Source: Eledone cirrhosa (lineage: Eukaryota). From it: DNA of 64,000 nt. The notes under the pieces were generated by a model, which saw nothing but the letters and a program-made list of their open reading frames with translations, did not search any database and was not told the DNA's origin. Below are positions 63,486 through 64,000 of the stretch, in pieces (position 1 is the first letter of the stretch; every line of letters starts with the position of its first letter). The position numbers and the translations under genes were made by a program. The stretch lies in NCBI GenBank assembly GCA_964016885.1, contig OZ024740.1, positions 408,704,001 through 408,768,000 of the forward strand, read 5' to 3'.

Positions 63486-63830
63486 TCAAGGTAATAGTGG
63501 TTGTTGTAGAAGAGGTAGAAAAACAAAAGCAGCTATATGAACCAGTGTTTGGAGGTTATAGTGACCAATCAACCAAATGGTCTTCTTTTGGATGTAATAT
63601 AGAATGTATGTGTAGCAGCAGCATGTTTTCAGATATGTGAGCTGTAGTTCTCCAATGAACAGAGAGACAAGGTTGAAATACTTTCTGATTCTGCAGAGGA
63701 AGCCTAGTCTTTGTGATCCAGTTTTAAGAATGTTAAATGAGATGAGATGACTATGAGAAACCACTTGTTCCACTCCACTGTTATATTGTTGTACATTGTC
63801 AGCCTCAATTTCTGACACAACCTGAGCTAA
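63486..63830 (-). mobile_element. Old CR1/Jockey-like LINE RT C-terminal remnant
   Basis: It contains NILKTGSQRLGFLCRIRKYF and IQKKTIWLIG-like motifs. Confidence 0.45.
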
Positions 63831-64000
63831 TTTTAATAAAAAAAATTTCCCACCATTAATTTTTTCCCCTATTTTGTTGTTGAAATGATTATAGAGATGG
63901 TTGACTTTGGTTTATATATCCACAATACAGCTGAAGAAAAATACCATAGGGGAGCATTCTGTGTACCAAATTTACATAAAGTAGGATCACACATATGTAA

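Overview
AT-rich, microsatellite-dense animal DNA. The SINE, RTE and Penelope families and the (TA)n density suggest a cephalopod such as Octopus, which is an inference only. Most ORF-track entries are microsatellite artefacts. The window is mainly transposon remnants. These include a young Neptune-type Penelope element (RT + GIY-YIG) in a 6.6-kb inverted-repeat structure (8427-15020), RTE, Tx1/L1, R4/Dong-like and CRE LINE fragments, and two tRNA-derived SINE families. There are also Helitrons, a DD37D (maT) mariner, several MITEs and a non-autonomous LTR element with a tRNA-Trp PBS. The only host gene I can see is the 55-nt first coding exon of a Fray/OSR1/SPAK Ste20 kinase (58900-58954, +), which the ORF track misses. 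The most notable signal is a set of short fold-back elements inserted in (TA)n tracts. They come from many sequence families, and most carry a type I hammerhead ribozyme motif (about 15 loci). In every fold-back I could orient, the ribozyme-sense strand points outward. Two of them lie in the probable first intron of the kinase gene. All pairings were read by eye, and no ribozyme activity has been tested.
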